Shown here piece by piece: positions 7,733 through 17,024 of a stretch of DNA of 46,363 nt. The position numbers were made by a program, and so were the translations under genes. Below the pieces are notes generated by a model. The model had not been told where the DNA came from. It was given only the letters and a program-made list of their open reading frames with translations, and ran no database searches. Origin of the DNA: Planctomycetota bacterium (lineage in GTDB: Bacteria > Planctomycetota > MHYJ01 > WSZJ01); the NCBI GenBank assembly GCA_038060895.1, contig JBBTCT010000041.1:1-46363 (forward strand). The letters run 5' to 3'. How positions within the stretch are numbered: the first letter of the stretch is position 1; each line of letters opens with the position of its first letter.

Positions 7733-10513
7733 TTAGCTGCACCCGCTCGTCCCGCCGCAGTTATCGCACCGGTAGCAGGCCGCGTAGCGCGTCATGATCG
7801 TGCCGCACTCAGGGCAGGGCGGCGCGTCAGCCTGGTTGATGAAGACCTGCTTCTCCCGCCTTTCGATCGAGCTAATCCGCTCCACCGAAAGAACCTGCAC
7901 CGGCGCCGGCTTCGGCGCGGCAACCGCCGCCGCCGCGGCTTTCTCGATGATCGACGTGTCCGAATCCTTGCCGATCGCGGCCTGGAACTCGGGCTTGAGG
8001 AACTTCAGCGAGAGCCAGCGGAAGATGTAGTCCGTGATCGACTTCGCAAACCGGATCGCCGGGTTGCTCGTGATCCCTTGTGGTTCATAGCGGCTGTGAC
8101 TGAACTTCGTCACCAGCACTTCGAGCGGCACCTGGTACTGAAGCGCGATCGAGATCGACGTCGCGAACGAGTCCATCAGGCCGGAGATCGTCGATCCTTC
8201 CTTCGCCATCGTGACGAAGATCTCGCCCGGGCTGCCGTCCTCGAACAGGCCGACCGTGACGTACCCGTCGTGCCCCGCGATCGAGAACTTGTGCGTGATC
8301 GCCTGGCGCTCGTCCTGCAGGCGGCGGCGAAGCGGCTTGGCGGGCTCGGCGGCCGCTTTCTTCTTTTCCGCGTGCTCGGACTTGGACGTCCCGAGAGGCT
8401 GGATGCGCTTTGAGTTCTCGCGATACACCGCTACGGCCTTGATCCCGAGCTTCCACGACTCCATGTAGGCCGTCTGGATCTCGTCGATCGTCGCGTGTTC
8501 GGGGAGGTTCACCGTCTTGGAGATGGCGCCCGACACGAACGGCTGGACGGCGGCCATCATGCGGATGTGGCCCATGTAGTGAATGAAGCGGCTTCCGTTG
8601 GCGGCCTTGAACGCGCAGTCGAAAACGGACAGGTGTTCGGGGCGAAGGTGCGGCGCGCCCTCGATCGTCTCCTTCTCGTCGATGAACTTGACGATCTCGG
8701 AGATCTGGGCCCGGGCGTAACCGAGTCTCTCCAGCGCTTCCGGCACCGTCTGGTTCACGATCTTGAGCATTCCGCCGCCGACCAGCTTCTTGTACTTCAC
8801 GAGCGCGAGATCCGGCTCCACGCCGGTCGTGTCGCAGTCCATCATGAAGCCGATCGTGCCGGTGGGCGCGATGACGGTGACCTGGGCGTTCCGGTAACCG
8901 TGCTCACGACCGAGCTCGAGCGCCTGGTTCCAGGCGCGCCGGGCCGCTTCAAGCAGCGCGCTCGGCACGTTTTTCGGGTCGATGTTGGCGATATTGGCGC
9001 GGTGCTTCTCAATCACGCGCAGCATCGGCTGGCGGTTCTTCATGTACTCCTCGAACGGACCGAGCTTCTCGGCGATGACGGCGGACATCTTGTAGGCGAC
9101 GCCGCACATCAGGGCCGTGATGCCCGCCGCGTAGTCGCGGCCTTCCTGGCTGTCGTACGCGAGGCCGCGCGCCATCAGGACGGCGCCGAGGTTCGCGAAG
9201 CCCAGGCCGAGCGTCCGGAACTTGTGCGACATCGTCGCAATCCGGTCCGTCGGGTACTTCGACCCGCCGACGATGATCTCCTTCGCCAGCGTCATCATCG
9301 AGCACGCATGGCTGAGCGCCTTGATGTCGAGCTCGCCGTCCGGCTGGCGGTACTTCATCAGATTCAGGCTCGACAGGTTGCACGCCGTGTTGTCGAGGAA
9401 CATGTACTCGGAGCACGGGTTCGAAGCGTGGATCTTGTCCGTGTTCGAGCAGGTGTGCCAGTCGTTGATCGTCGTGTCGAACTGCATCCCGGGGTCGCCG
9501 CAGAACCAGGTCTCCTCGGCGATGGCGCGGAACACGTCCCGCGCGCGGTACTTCGCGATCACCCGGCCGTCCACCCTGGCCTTGGTTCCCCACTCCTTGT
9601 CGTCCAGCACCGCGCGCATGAACTCATCGGACACGCGCACGGAGTTGTTCGAGTTCTGGAAGAACACCGAGCTGTACGCCTCGCCGTTCACGCTTCCGTC
9701 ATACCCCGCGTCGATCAGCGCGTGCGCCTTTCGCTCTTCGGAGCCCTTGCAGTGGATGAATTCGAGGATGTCGGGGTGATCGACGTCGAGGATCACCATC
9801 TTGGCCGCGCGGCGGGTCTTCCCGCCTGACTTGATGACGTTGGCGAAGGCGTCGAAGCCGCGCATGAACGAAACCGGGCCGCTGGGCTTGCCGCCGCTGG
9901 AAAGGCGCTCCTTGGCGCTGCGAAGCGGCGACAGGTTGGTGCCGGTGCCGGAGCCGTACTTGAAGAGCATCCCCTCGGTGCGCGCGAGCGTGAGGATCGA
10001 GTCCATTGAGTCTTCGATCTGGTTGATGAAGCACGCCGAGCACTGGGGGTGCTTCTCGATGCCGACGTTGAACCAGACCGGGCTGTTGAACGCGGCTTTC
10101 TGGTTGACGAGGAGGTGCGAAAGTTCCGCGTAGAACGCCTGCGCGTCCTCCGGGCTCGCGAAGTATCCGCCCAGCTCACCCCAGTTGGTGATCGTCCGCG
10201 CGACGCGCTCGACGAGTTGCTTGACCGAGTGTTCCCGGTCCGGGCCGTCTACGGCGCCGCGGAAGTACTTGGAGACGACGACGCTGGTCGCAAGCGCGGA
10301 CCAGAACTTGGGGACCTCGACGTTCTTCTGCTCGAAGATGACGTCGCCCTTGTCGTTGGTGATCGAGGCTGTCCGGAGATCCCATTCGAGTTCGTCGAAG
10401 GGGTGGACCTCCGTTTTTGAGAAGAGGCGTTCAATGTGGAGACCGCCGTAGCGTTTGGTTTGGGGCTGTGTCGAGGCAGGCACTTGTGCCGTAGCCTGGC
10501 TGGCCTGAATCAT
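7733..10513 (-). CDS. nrdJ: Adenosylcobalamin-dependent (class II) ribonucleotide reductase
   Basis: AFNSPVWFN, QCSACF, GGKTRRAAKM, SNPCSEY, ACNL, IAPTGT, C-terminal domain with CPECG..CDNCG; ATG 10513 preceded by GGAGGT. Confidence 0.96.
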   Translation of the reverse strand: MIQASQATAQVPASTQPQTKRYGGLHIERLFSKTEVHPFDELEWDLRTASITNDKGDVIFEQKNVEVPKFWSALATSVVVSKYFRGAVDGPDREHSVKQLVERVARTITNWGELGGYFASPEDAQAFYAELSHLLVNQKAAFNSPVWFNVGIEKHPQCSACFINQIEDSMDSILTLARTEGMLFKYGSGTGTNLSPLRSAKERLSSGGKPSGPVSFMRGFDAFANVIKSGGKTRRAAKMVILDVDHPDILEFIHCKGSEERKAHALIDAGYDGSVNGEAYSSVFFQNSNNSVRVSDEFMRAVLDDKEWGTKARVDGRVIAKYRARDVFRAIAEETWFCGDPGMQFDTTINDWHTCSNTDKIHASNPCSEYMFLDNTACNLSSLNLMKYRQPDGELDIKALSHACSMMTLAKEIIVGGSKYPTDRIATMSHKFRTLGLGFANLGAVLMARGLAYDSQEGRDYAAGITALMCGVAYKMSAVIAEKLGPFEEYMKNRQPMLRVIEKHRANIANIDPKNVPSALLEAARRAWNQALELGREHGYRNAQVTVIAPTGTIGFMMDCDTTGVEPDLALVKYKKLVGGGMLKIVNQTVPEALERLGYARAQISEIVKFIDEKETIEGAPHLRPEHLSVFDCAFKAANGSRFIHYMGHIRMMAAVQPFVSGAISKTVNLPEHATIDEIQTAYMESWKLGIKAVAVYRENSKRIQPLGTSKSEHAEKKKAAAEPAKPLRRRLQDERQAITHKFSIAGHDGYVTVGLFEDGSPGEIFVTMAKEGSTISGLMDSFATSISIALQYQVPLEVLVTKFSHSRYEPQGITSNPAIRFAKSITDYIFRWLSLKFLKPEFQAAIGKDSDTSIIEKAAAAAVAAPKPAPVQVLSVERISSIERREKQVFINQADAPPCPECGTIMTRYAACYRCDNCGGTSGCS

Positions 10514-10681
10514 CTTCTGGACCTCCGAGCGTTCGATTTTATAAAGCATGAAATGTAAAGGAGCCGTAAGGCGACCGGGCAGTCATTGCGTGAAAAGGGC
10601 TGAGGAGACCGCCGGCCCGGCGTGGGCCGGACGAAGTGGAACACCCCTAAGCGCGACCCGTAGACGAAACCCCCCGTTGCT

Positions 10682-10728
10682 CCACTACTGGTTGTGGAGC
10701 GAGCCTCAACCACCCCAATATCGGCGGC
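10682..10728. promoter_or_regulatory. Tandem NrdR-box candidates
   Basis: ccaCtActggTtGtgg (10682-10697) and a half-matching cccCaAtATcggcggc (10713-10728), 31 bp apart, versus consensus acaCwAtATaTwGtgt. Confidence 0.6.
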
Positions 10729-10790
10729 GCACGCCGCCCCCTTATCACAAAAGAGTAATCCACAAGGATTTGTATGTCAATCGGAAATTG

Positions 10791-10806
10791 ACCCCATATT
10801 TGGTAG
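10791..10806. promoter_or_regulatory. NrdR-box candidate
   Basis: accCcAtATtTgGtag matches all core consensus positions; upstream of nrdJ. Confidence 0.65.
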
Positions 10807-10975
10807 TGCCTAACATTGTTAGGTAAAGCCTTGAAACCATTGGACTTGCGGGTTTAGATCCCCAACTTCTCCACAACTTGTCCACCGGACCCCAAAAATA
10901 TTTCCCGAATTTCTGGCCGAAATCGCCCTCCTGACAAGCTGTTCAAGGCCGAAATCCAACCCCATAATCCCGCCC

Positions 10976-11644
10976 ATGCCCCCTTCCGCCCTTATCTTCG
11001 ACTTCAACGGCGTCCTCGTCGACGACGAACCCGTCCATTGCGAACTCTTTCAGGCCGTTCTCTCCCAACACGGCATCACCCTCACACGCGACGACTACTT
11101 CCAGCGGTACTTCGTGTTCGACGACGCCGGCGTCTTTCGCCAGGTCTTCGCCGACGCCGGCCGCCCCATCTCCGATCCCGATGTCCGCTCGCTCTGCGAT
11201 ACCAAGGCCGCCCGCTACGCCGCACTCCCCGCTTCCCGCTTCACCTACTACGAAGGTTCGGAAGCGCTCGCCCGCGATGCTTCCCGGACCGTCCCCGTGG
11301 GGATCGCCAGCGGGGCGCGCGGCGCAGAAATCCACCGGCACCTGGAGCTCCGCGGCCTCAAGGATGTTTTCAGCGCGGTGGTCTCGATCGACGACGTCTC
11401 GAAGGGGAAACCGGACCCCGAGCCGTTTCTCAAGGCCGCGCGGCAGCTCGGCGTCCCGCCGGCCGGTTGCGTGGCCATCGAGGATTCTCCCGGAGGCGTC
11501 ACTTCCGCGAAATCGGCAGGCATGCGCGTCGTTGCCGTCACGCACAGCGTGACGCGCGACCGCCTCTCCGCCCACCTTGTTTTCGACACGCTGGCCGGCA
11601 CCACCTGGGCAGGACTCCTTGCCGAACTCAATCGTCCACGGTGA
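10976..11644 (+). CDS. HAD-superfamily phosphatase (beta-PGM/CbbY-like)
   Basis: IFDFNGVLVD motif I, IASG, GKPDPEPF, AIEDSPGGV..AKSAGM. Confidence 0.9.
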   Translation: MPPSALIFDFNGVLVDDEPVHCELFQAVLSQHGITLTRDDYFQRYFVFDDAGVFRQVFADAGRPISDPDVRSLCDTKAARYAALPASRFTYYEGSEALARDASRTVPVGIASGARGAEIHRHLELRGLKDVFSAVVSIDDVSKGKPDPEPFLKAARQLGVPPAGCVAIEDSPGGVTSAKSAGMRVVAVTHSVTRDRLSAHLVFDTLAGTTWAGLLAELNRPR

Positions 11645-11726
11645 CGACAAGATTTATTTTCGCCGGTCCGGAATTCCGGGGCCGCCGAAACGGAAAAACG
11701 GTGCGAATCCCGATATCATCCGCGCC

Positions 11727-12560
11727 GTGAACACGCGAATCCTGACTCAGGCCACCTTCGCCACCCTCGGGCACCTCCCGGACGACCAGCTCGACCTCGT
11801 CCTCGCCAACGTCCTCATCGCCCAGGAAGACAACCCGGCCCTCCGCCTCTCCGACGTCGCCGCCCGTTTCGCCGACCTCGCCGCCCGCGCCCCCCGCCTC
11901 GAAGCGGCGTCCAACCGGAACCGCGCCGAAGCGCTCTCCGTCTACCTGTTCCAGGAAGAAGGTTTCCGCGCGAACCAAAAGGCCTACTACGACCCGCGAA
12001 ATTCCTTCGTCAGCCACGTCCTCGAGCGCAAGGTCGGCATCCCGATCTCGCTCACGCTCATCCTCCTCGAAGTCGCCCGCCGCTGCGGCATCCCCCTCGC
12101 CGGCGTCGGTTTCCCGGGCCGCTTCCTCGCCGGCCTCCCCGGCGACGGCGATTTCTTCATCGATTCCTTCGGCGGCGGCCGCGTGCTGAACGCGAAGGAC
12201 TGCGAAGCCATGTTCCGCGAACAGACGGCCGGCAAAGGGAAGTGGTCCCCGGATTTCCTCGCGACGGTTTCGCGAAAGCAGACTCTTCAGCGCATGCTCC
12301 GCAACCTGAAGGAAATCTACCTCTATCGCGAGGACGTCCCGCGCTGCCTGCGCGCCGCGGAGAAACTCTCGGCGCTGTCTCCGGACGACCTCGAGGAGAT
12401 CCGCGATCGGGGCGTACTGTCACTCCACGGAGGCGCGTTCGTGCGGGCGCTGTCAGACCTGGAAACATACCTCGCCGGACGCCCGGAGGCCGACGACGCG
12501 GAGCTGATTCGGACGCATGTCAAAGTCCTGAAGCAGCACCTGGGGGCGGGAGTCCGTTGA
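11727..12560 (+). CDS. SirB1-family transglutaminase-like/TPR protein
   Basis: YYDPRNSF..VLERKVGIPISL, GVGFPGRFL, RMLRNLKEIY, EIRDRG..ALSDLETYL; GTG start at 11727 is inferred. Confidence 0.85.
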   Translation: MNTRILTQATFATLGHLPDDQLDLVLANVLIAQEDNPALRLSDVAARFADLAARAPRLEAASNRNRAEALSVYLFQEEGFRANQKAYYDPRNSFVSHVLERKVGIPISLTLILLEVARRCGIPLAGVGFPGRFLAGLPGDGDFFIDSFGGGRVLNAKDCEAMFREQTAGKGKWSPDFLATVSRKQTLQRMLRNLKEIYLYREDVPRCLRAAEKLSALSPDDLEEIRDRGVLSLHGGAFVRALSDLETYLAGRPEADDAELIRTHVKVLKQHLGAGVR

Positions 12561-12655
12561 AACCTCGGAAGTTGCTTCAGCGGTTGGCCGGCGGCTCGGT
12601 CAAGGCCCTGAAGCTGATTGAGAGCTACAATCTGGAACTGCCGCGAAACCCATGA
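12557..12655 (+). pseudogene. hicA: Internally deleted HicA-type toxin remnant (32 aa)
   Basis: TTG-started MKPRKLLQRLAGGS-VKALKLIESYNLELPRNP* resembles both termini of HicA and lacks the GSH core; ATGA overlap with hicB. Confidence 0.6.
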
Positions 12656-12879
12656 AAACGCCCAGCTACCACATCAACATCTTCTTCAGCGCCGAGGACC
12701 GGGGCTTCGTCGCCGACATCCCGGACCTCGTCCACTGCTCCGCGTTCGGCGCGACTCCGCAAGCGGCGCTGGAGGAAGTGGTTCGAGCTCGCGATGCATG
12801 GTTGTTGGCCGCGAAACGCGCTGGCAAGTCGACTCCGAAGGCCAGATATCGGCCGGCGATCTACCAGGTCGCGAAGTAG
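12652..12879 (+). CDS. hicB: HicB-family antitoxin (short form)
   Basis: YHINIFFSAEDRGFVADIPDL..CSAFGATPQAALEEV..A..AWL. Confidence 0.9.
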   Translation: MKTPSYHINIFFSAEDRGFVADIPDLVHCSAFGATPQAALEEVVRARDAWLLAAKRAGKSTPKARYRPAIYQVAK

Positions 12880-12960
12880 TTCCCGCGCAATGGCCTGGAG
12901 CGCGGTCGCACCACGGCGGAGCGTTCGTGAGGTAGCGCCCCGGCATCCGAGGGAAGGCCG

Positions 12961-13533
12961 ATGAGCCTGCGATTCGGATCTACACGCTTGAACTGGTACG
13001 GCATTGTGCTTCTGTGCATCGCTGCGGCCGTTGTCTACGGCATCGTTCACGACCAGGTCACGGCGCGCGTCTGCATCGAGTACTTCACGATAGCTCACCC
13101 GCCGATGGTGAAATCCCAATCGCCCACGGTCCTCGGGTTCGCGTGGGGCGCGGCGGCGACCTGGTGGGTGGGGGCGCTCCTCGGCGTGGTGCTTGCGACG
13201 TGCTGCGACGCGGGATCGTGGCCGAAGATCTCGCCGCGCGAACTCGTGACGCCGATTCTGATCATGCTCGTGCTGATGGCCGTCCTGGCCACAACCGCCG
13301 GCTTCATCGGCTACTACGTCGGCATCGGCGAGGAACAGACGGAGTGGTGGATCCTCGAAGGGATTCCCGAAAAGAAAATGGCCCGATTCTCCGCCGACGC
13401 GTGGGCGCACCTCGCTTCGTACTCGTTCGGCGCACTGGGTGGCATCGTCCTCTGGACCTGGGCGATTCTGCATCGTCGCAAGCTGGCGCATGACTTGCCT
13501 GCCCGCCCGCCCGCAAGCCCGCCCGCCCGCTAG
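12961..13533 (+). CDS. Hypothetical multi-pass membrane protein
   Basis: 190 aa, about 4 TM segments, HDQVTARVCIEYFTIAH; preceded by GGAAGG. Confidence 0.75.
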   Translation: MSLRFGSTRLNWYGIVLLCIAAAVVYGIVHDQVTARVCIEYFTIAHPPMVKSQSPTVLGFAWGAAATWWVGALLGVVLATCCDAGSWPKISPRELVTPILIMLVLMAVLATTAGFIGYYVGIGEEQTEWWILEGIPEKKMARFSADAWAHLASYSFGALGGIVLWTWAILHRRKLAHDLPARPPASPPAR

Positions 13534-14045
13534 CCCTTCTTCAGCCAATACCTCTGCCACTCATCCATATGCGTCAGCGTCGTCAGCTCCTTCATACGGT
13601 CGAAATACAGCACGCCGTCCAAGTGATCCACCTCGTGCTGAATGACCCGCGCGAAAAACTCCGTCGCCTCGAACTCGATCGGCCTCCCCTTCCGGTCCAG
13701 CGCTTTCACTCCGATGTGCCGGAACCGCGGCACCTGCCCGCGCAGGTTGCCGATCGACAGGCACCCCTCCCAGTCGTCCGCCCTCTGCTGCGAGAGCGGC
13801 TCGATCACCGGGTTCACCAGCGGCGTCGCTTCCTTCCACGGCGCGCCTTTCACCGCCTCGATGATGCAGACCCGCTGCGACGCATGCACCTGCGGTCCCG
13901 CCAGCCCGATTCCCTGGTACTCCTTCATCGTCTCGATCATGTCGTCGAGAAGCCGCTGTACGTCCGCCGCGGCCGGCTCCTTGACTGACACGGCCTTCTT
14001 CCGCAACACGGGATTCCCCAGCATCGCCACCTTCAAGATCGCCAT
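13530..14045 (-). CDS. def: Peptide deformylase
   Basis: GIGLAGPQ, EGCLS and QHEVDHLDG motifs; ATG 14045 preceded by AGGGA. Confidence 0.96.
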   Translation of the reverse strand: MAILKVAMLGNPVLRKKAVSVKEPAAADVQRLLDDMIETMKEYQGIGLAGPQVHASQRVCIIEAVKGAPWKEATPLVNPVIEPLSQQRADDWEGCLSIGNLRGQVPRFRHIGVKALDRKGRPIEFEATEFFARVIQHEVDHLDGVLYFDRMKELTTLTHMDEWQRYWLKKG

Positions 14046-14056
14046 GGTGTCCCTCT

Positions 14057-15508
14057 TTAGGCCAGCCGCTCCAGAAAGCGCTTCGACATCGCCCCGAACG
14101 TGTCCGCTTCTGCTCCGAGTTTTTCCAGCAGCTCCGCGAGGCCGTATTGTCTCCCGAGGTTCCACGCCGCCACGAGGAATTTTCCGGTCTCGACGTTGCG
14201 GTGCCAGGTTTCGAAGCGCGACTCGAGGAGGTTGGCGAGAGAAGCGGCGGCGGCGGCGGCGCGGAGGCGGTGTGCGGTCGCGAACCAGGCCGAGGCCGTC
14301 TCGAGGAGGAGGCCGGGCTGGAAGCGGGCCAGGGTGGCGCTGGTGAGCAATTCGGCAGCCTCGCTCGTCGTGGATCCGGTGGCCAGGTCGATTTCCGCTT
14401 CCAGCAACCCCGCGAGGTGGCGGGTCGCGGCGAGGTGTAGGGTCTGGATCTCGCGGGCGGCGTCCTTGGACTTGGCGAAGTCGAGGACGCGGGAGATCCA
14501 GTCGCGCTCGAGGGGCGCCAGCGCGAGGAGCGCGGCCCACGCCAGCGGCACGGAAGGGTCACCCAGGACGCGATGCTCCATGGGCAGCGTTGCCGGCGTC
14601 CACGCCGCGGCCAGGGCCCGCCCCCACTCGCCGAGCGCCTCGGCCCATGCCGGCACGCCGTCCTCGAGATGCAGCAGGAAGTGAACTTCTCCCGGGACTT
14701 TCCGCCGGGCGACCACGCAGGGCGGCGCCGCGGCCGCGCCGCGATGCAGTTTCCCGTGAGCGGTCGCGTCCAGACCCATCCATTTCAGGGCGCCCTCGAG
14801 GATTTTCGACATCCGGTCGCGCGGGGCGGGCAGCGTTCGGCGGAATTCGTGGCGCGCCCAGTCGATGTCGTGGGCCTCCGCGGATTCGAGGCTGGCGTCA
14901 TGCCGCTTGAGCAACCAATCGAGATTCTCGCGGTACGCGTCGCGCGTCGCCTCGAGAAACCGGCGCGCGTCGGCGGCGACCTTCGAGAGTTCGATTCCCT
15001 CGAAACGCTCGAAAACTCCCCGCACGTCCTTCGCGCCGCGCCGCTGCGCTTCCTCGTGCCTGCGCCGCGCCATTTCCACCCGGCCGTCCGCGACCGCGGC
15101 GGCCGCTTCGGCCATCGCACGCTCGCCCGCCGCCCTCGCCGCCCGCACCGGCGCACGATCGCGCATCTGGCAGAGCGCCGACCACCCGGCCGAAGCGCCG
15201 TCGGGGAGCTTCGCGGCGCTTCGCCCCAGCCGGTCCTCCGCCTCCGCGAGGCCTTCCCGTTCCTCGAAGCGGAAGCGTGCCCAGACAATCCCCGCCCGGA
15301 GCGCCCTGTGCCGCTGCAGAAGTCCCGGGTTGCCCCTTGCCTCCGCCGCCGTCACCGCGTCCTCGGCGGCCTGCTCGCTGTCGGCGGACAGCGCTTTCGG
15401 GAAGCGTGCCGCGAGGGCGACAGGATCGGTGTTTCGCACGGCCGCGAATTCCGTTTCCCCAAGCCAGCCTTCGAGCTGTCGGCGGATGTCTTCGAGCATG
15501 CGCCGCAC
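14057..15508 (-). CDS. M3/M32-like zincin homologue lacking Zn ligands
   Basis: VPGEVHFLL..GV..WAEALGEWGRALAAAW..LPMEHRVLGDPSV resembles the HExxH region of M3-like peptidases, but the ligands are replaced. Confidence 0.55.
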   Translation of the reverse strand: MRRMLEDIRRQLEGWLGETEFAAVRNTDPVALAARFPKALSADSEQAAEDAVTAAEARGNPGLLQRHRALRAGIVWARFRFEEREGLAEAEDRLGRSAAKLPDGASAGWSALCQMRDRAPVRAARAAGERAMAEAAAAVADGRVEMARRRHEEAQRRGAKDVRGVFERFEGIELSKVAADARRFLEATRDAYRENLDWLLKRHDASLESAEAHDIDWARHEFRRTLPAPRDRMSKILEGALKWMGLDATAHGKLHRGAAAAPPCVVARRKVPGEVHFLLHLEDGVPAWAEALGEWGRALAAAWTPATLPMEHRVLGDPSVPLAWAALLALAPLERDWISRVLDFAKSKDAAREIQTLHLAATRHLAGLLEAEIDLATGSTTSEAAELLTSATLARFQPGLLLETASAWFATAHRLRAAAAAASLANLLESRFETWHRNVETGKFLVAAWNLGRQYGLAELLEKLGAEADTFGAMSKRFLERLA

Positions 15509-15608
15509 TCTAGCGGATCCCGGGCTTTCATGGGGCGTTCACCCGGCATCCCAAAACTCCCGTCACTATCCCCTCGCCTTCTGGAGCGACCTCGCTATAG
15601 TGCTGCCA

Positions 15609-16838
15609 ATGCACCCGCGGATCACCATCGCTGGAGTAGGGACTGTTGCGCCCCAGGGAGTAGGAAATAAGCGGTATCTCGACGCTCTTCTATCGGGAGA
15701 AAGCGGTGTCCGGGCGATTTCGCACTTCGACACCACCGGGCTCTCGGTCCGTATCGCGGGGTTCGCGAAGGACTTCGACCCGACGAAATACGTCGACGAG
15801 CACACGCTCAAGCACGTCGGCCGCGTCGTGCCGATGTCGATCGCCGCTTCGATGGAGGCGTTTGCTGAAGCGGGGATCGACCATACGAAACTGACCCTGG
15901 ACGAGCGGCGGCGGTTTGCGGTGGTGATCGGGTCGGGCGGCGGGGCGATGGAGTTCGTCGAGAGGCAGTACGACCTCTGGTACAAGGGGACGATCAAGAA
16001 GGCGTCGGTGTACGTCGTGCCGTCCGGAACGATGGGGAACATGGCGAGCGAAGTCTCGATGGCGTTCGGGCTGCGCGGGCCGAGCCACGTGATCACGACC
16101 GGGTGCACTTCGTCGTCCGACGCGCTGGGCTACGCGATGATGCTCCTGCGCGACAATCGCGCGGACCGGGTGCTGGTCGGAGGGGCGGACTGCACGGTGA
16201 CGCGGGGGATGATGGAAGGGCTCTGCCTGATGGGGATTCTCGCATCGAAGTATCAGAGCGAGCCCGCGCGGGCGTGCCGTCCGTTCGACGGACACCGTGA
16301 CGGGTTCGTGCTGTCCGAGGGTGCGTGGATGATGGTGATGGAGCGGGAAGGGAAGAAGGCGGTCGCGGAGATGGGTGGCCACGGCGGGACGTGCGACGCG
16401 CACCACCGCGTGCGGATGGCGGAAGACGGCATTGAACCCGCTCGGTCCATGCAGCTGGCTTGCGAGGACGCGGGCGTGAAGCCTGACGAGATCGACGCCG
16501 TCTGGCTGCACGGCACGGGCACGCAGTTGAACGACCGCATCGAATCGCGGGCCGTGAAGATGTTCCTGGGCGAGCGTGCGAAGAAAGTGCCGATGACGGC
16601 CGTGAAATCCATGATCGGGCATCCGCAGGGCGCGTGCGGTTCCGCGGCGGCGGTCGGCGCGATCCTCGCCATGCACGCCGGAGCGATTCCGCCTACGATC
16701 AACCTGGAGAACCCTGACCCCGAGTGCGACCTCGATTACACGCCGTTGCGGGCGAAGGATTGCCACGCGCGCACGGTCATGATTTCGACCCTCGGTTTCG
16801 GAAGCAAGAACGCGGCCATCGTCATCCGGAAGGCCTGA
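15609..16838 (+). CDS. fabF: Beta-ketoacyl-ACP synthase II (FabF-like)
   Basis: Cys-His-His triad: TTGCTSS, HGTGT, GHPQGA; PFDGHRDGFVLSEG; GFGSKNA; ATG 15609. Confidence 0.9.
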   Translation: MHPRITIAGVGTVAPQGVGNKRYLDALLSGESGVRAISHFDTTGLSVRIAGFAKDFDPTKYVDEHTLKHVGRVVPMSIAASMEAFAEAGIDHTKLTLDERRRFAVVIGSGGGAMEFVERQYDLWYKGTIKKASVYVVPSGTMGNMASEVSMAFGLRGPSHVITTGCTSSSDALGYAMMLLRDNRADRVLVGGADCTVTRGMMEGLCLMGILASKYQSEPARACRPFDGHRDGFVLSEGAWMMVMEREGKKAVAEMGGHGGTCDAHHRVRMAEDGIEPARSMQLACEDAGVKPDEIDAVWLHGTGTQLNDRIESRAVKMFLGERAKKVPMTAVKSMIGHPQGACGSAAAVGAILAMHAGAIPPTINLENPDPECDLDYTPLRAKDCHARTVMISTLGFGSKNAAIVIRKA

Positions 16839-16935
16839 ACGGCCCCGGCCAGCCTGCCAGCGCAAAGCCTTGCGCATGCACGCCTTGGAAGCGCAAACCT
16901 CCGCCGGATTACGCCACAACGCTCCTTCTAATTCG

Positions 16936-16964
16936 TTGACAGCCCCCAAGCCATCCGATATGAC
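16936..16964 (+). promoter_or_regulatory. Candidate sigma70 promoter
   Basis: TTGACA-N17-TATGAC upstream of the lipoprotein gene. Confidence 0.45.
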
Positions 16965-17024
16965 TTCCACCTCGACATCGGTTCCGGAACGAGTTCCACA
17001 TTCTCAGGTTTCTAAGGAGGGGAA

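Noticed and set aside
10514-10975. Cobalamin riboswitch or oriC upstream of nrdJ
   Set aside because: No B12-box/GGGAA core was recognised; DnaA-like boxes are few and imperfect, with no clear unwinding element or dnaA/dnaN context.
15609-16838. Type II PKS cluster
   Set aside because: Single FabF-like ketosynthase with no ACP, chain-length factor or tailoring genes adjacent.
16855-16915. Possible c-di-GMP-I riboswitch (GCAAAGCC / GCAAACC)
   Set aside because: No GNRA-capped P2 or proper P1/P3 order; better explained by the 25-bp dyad motif.
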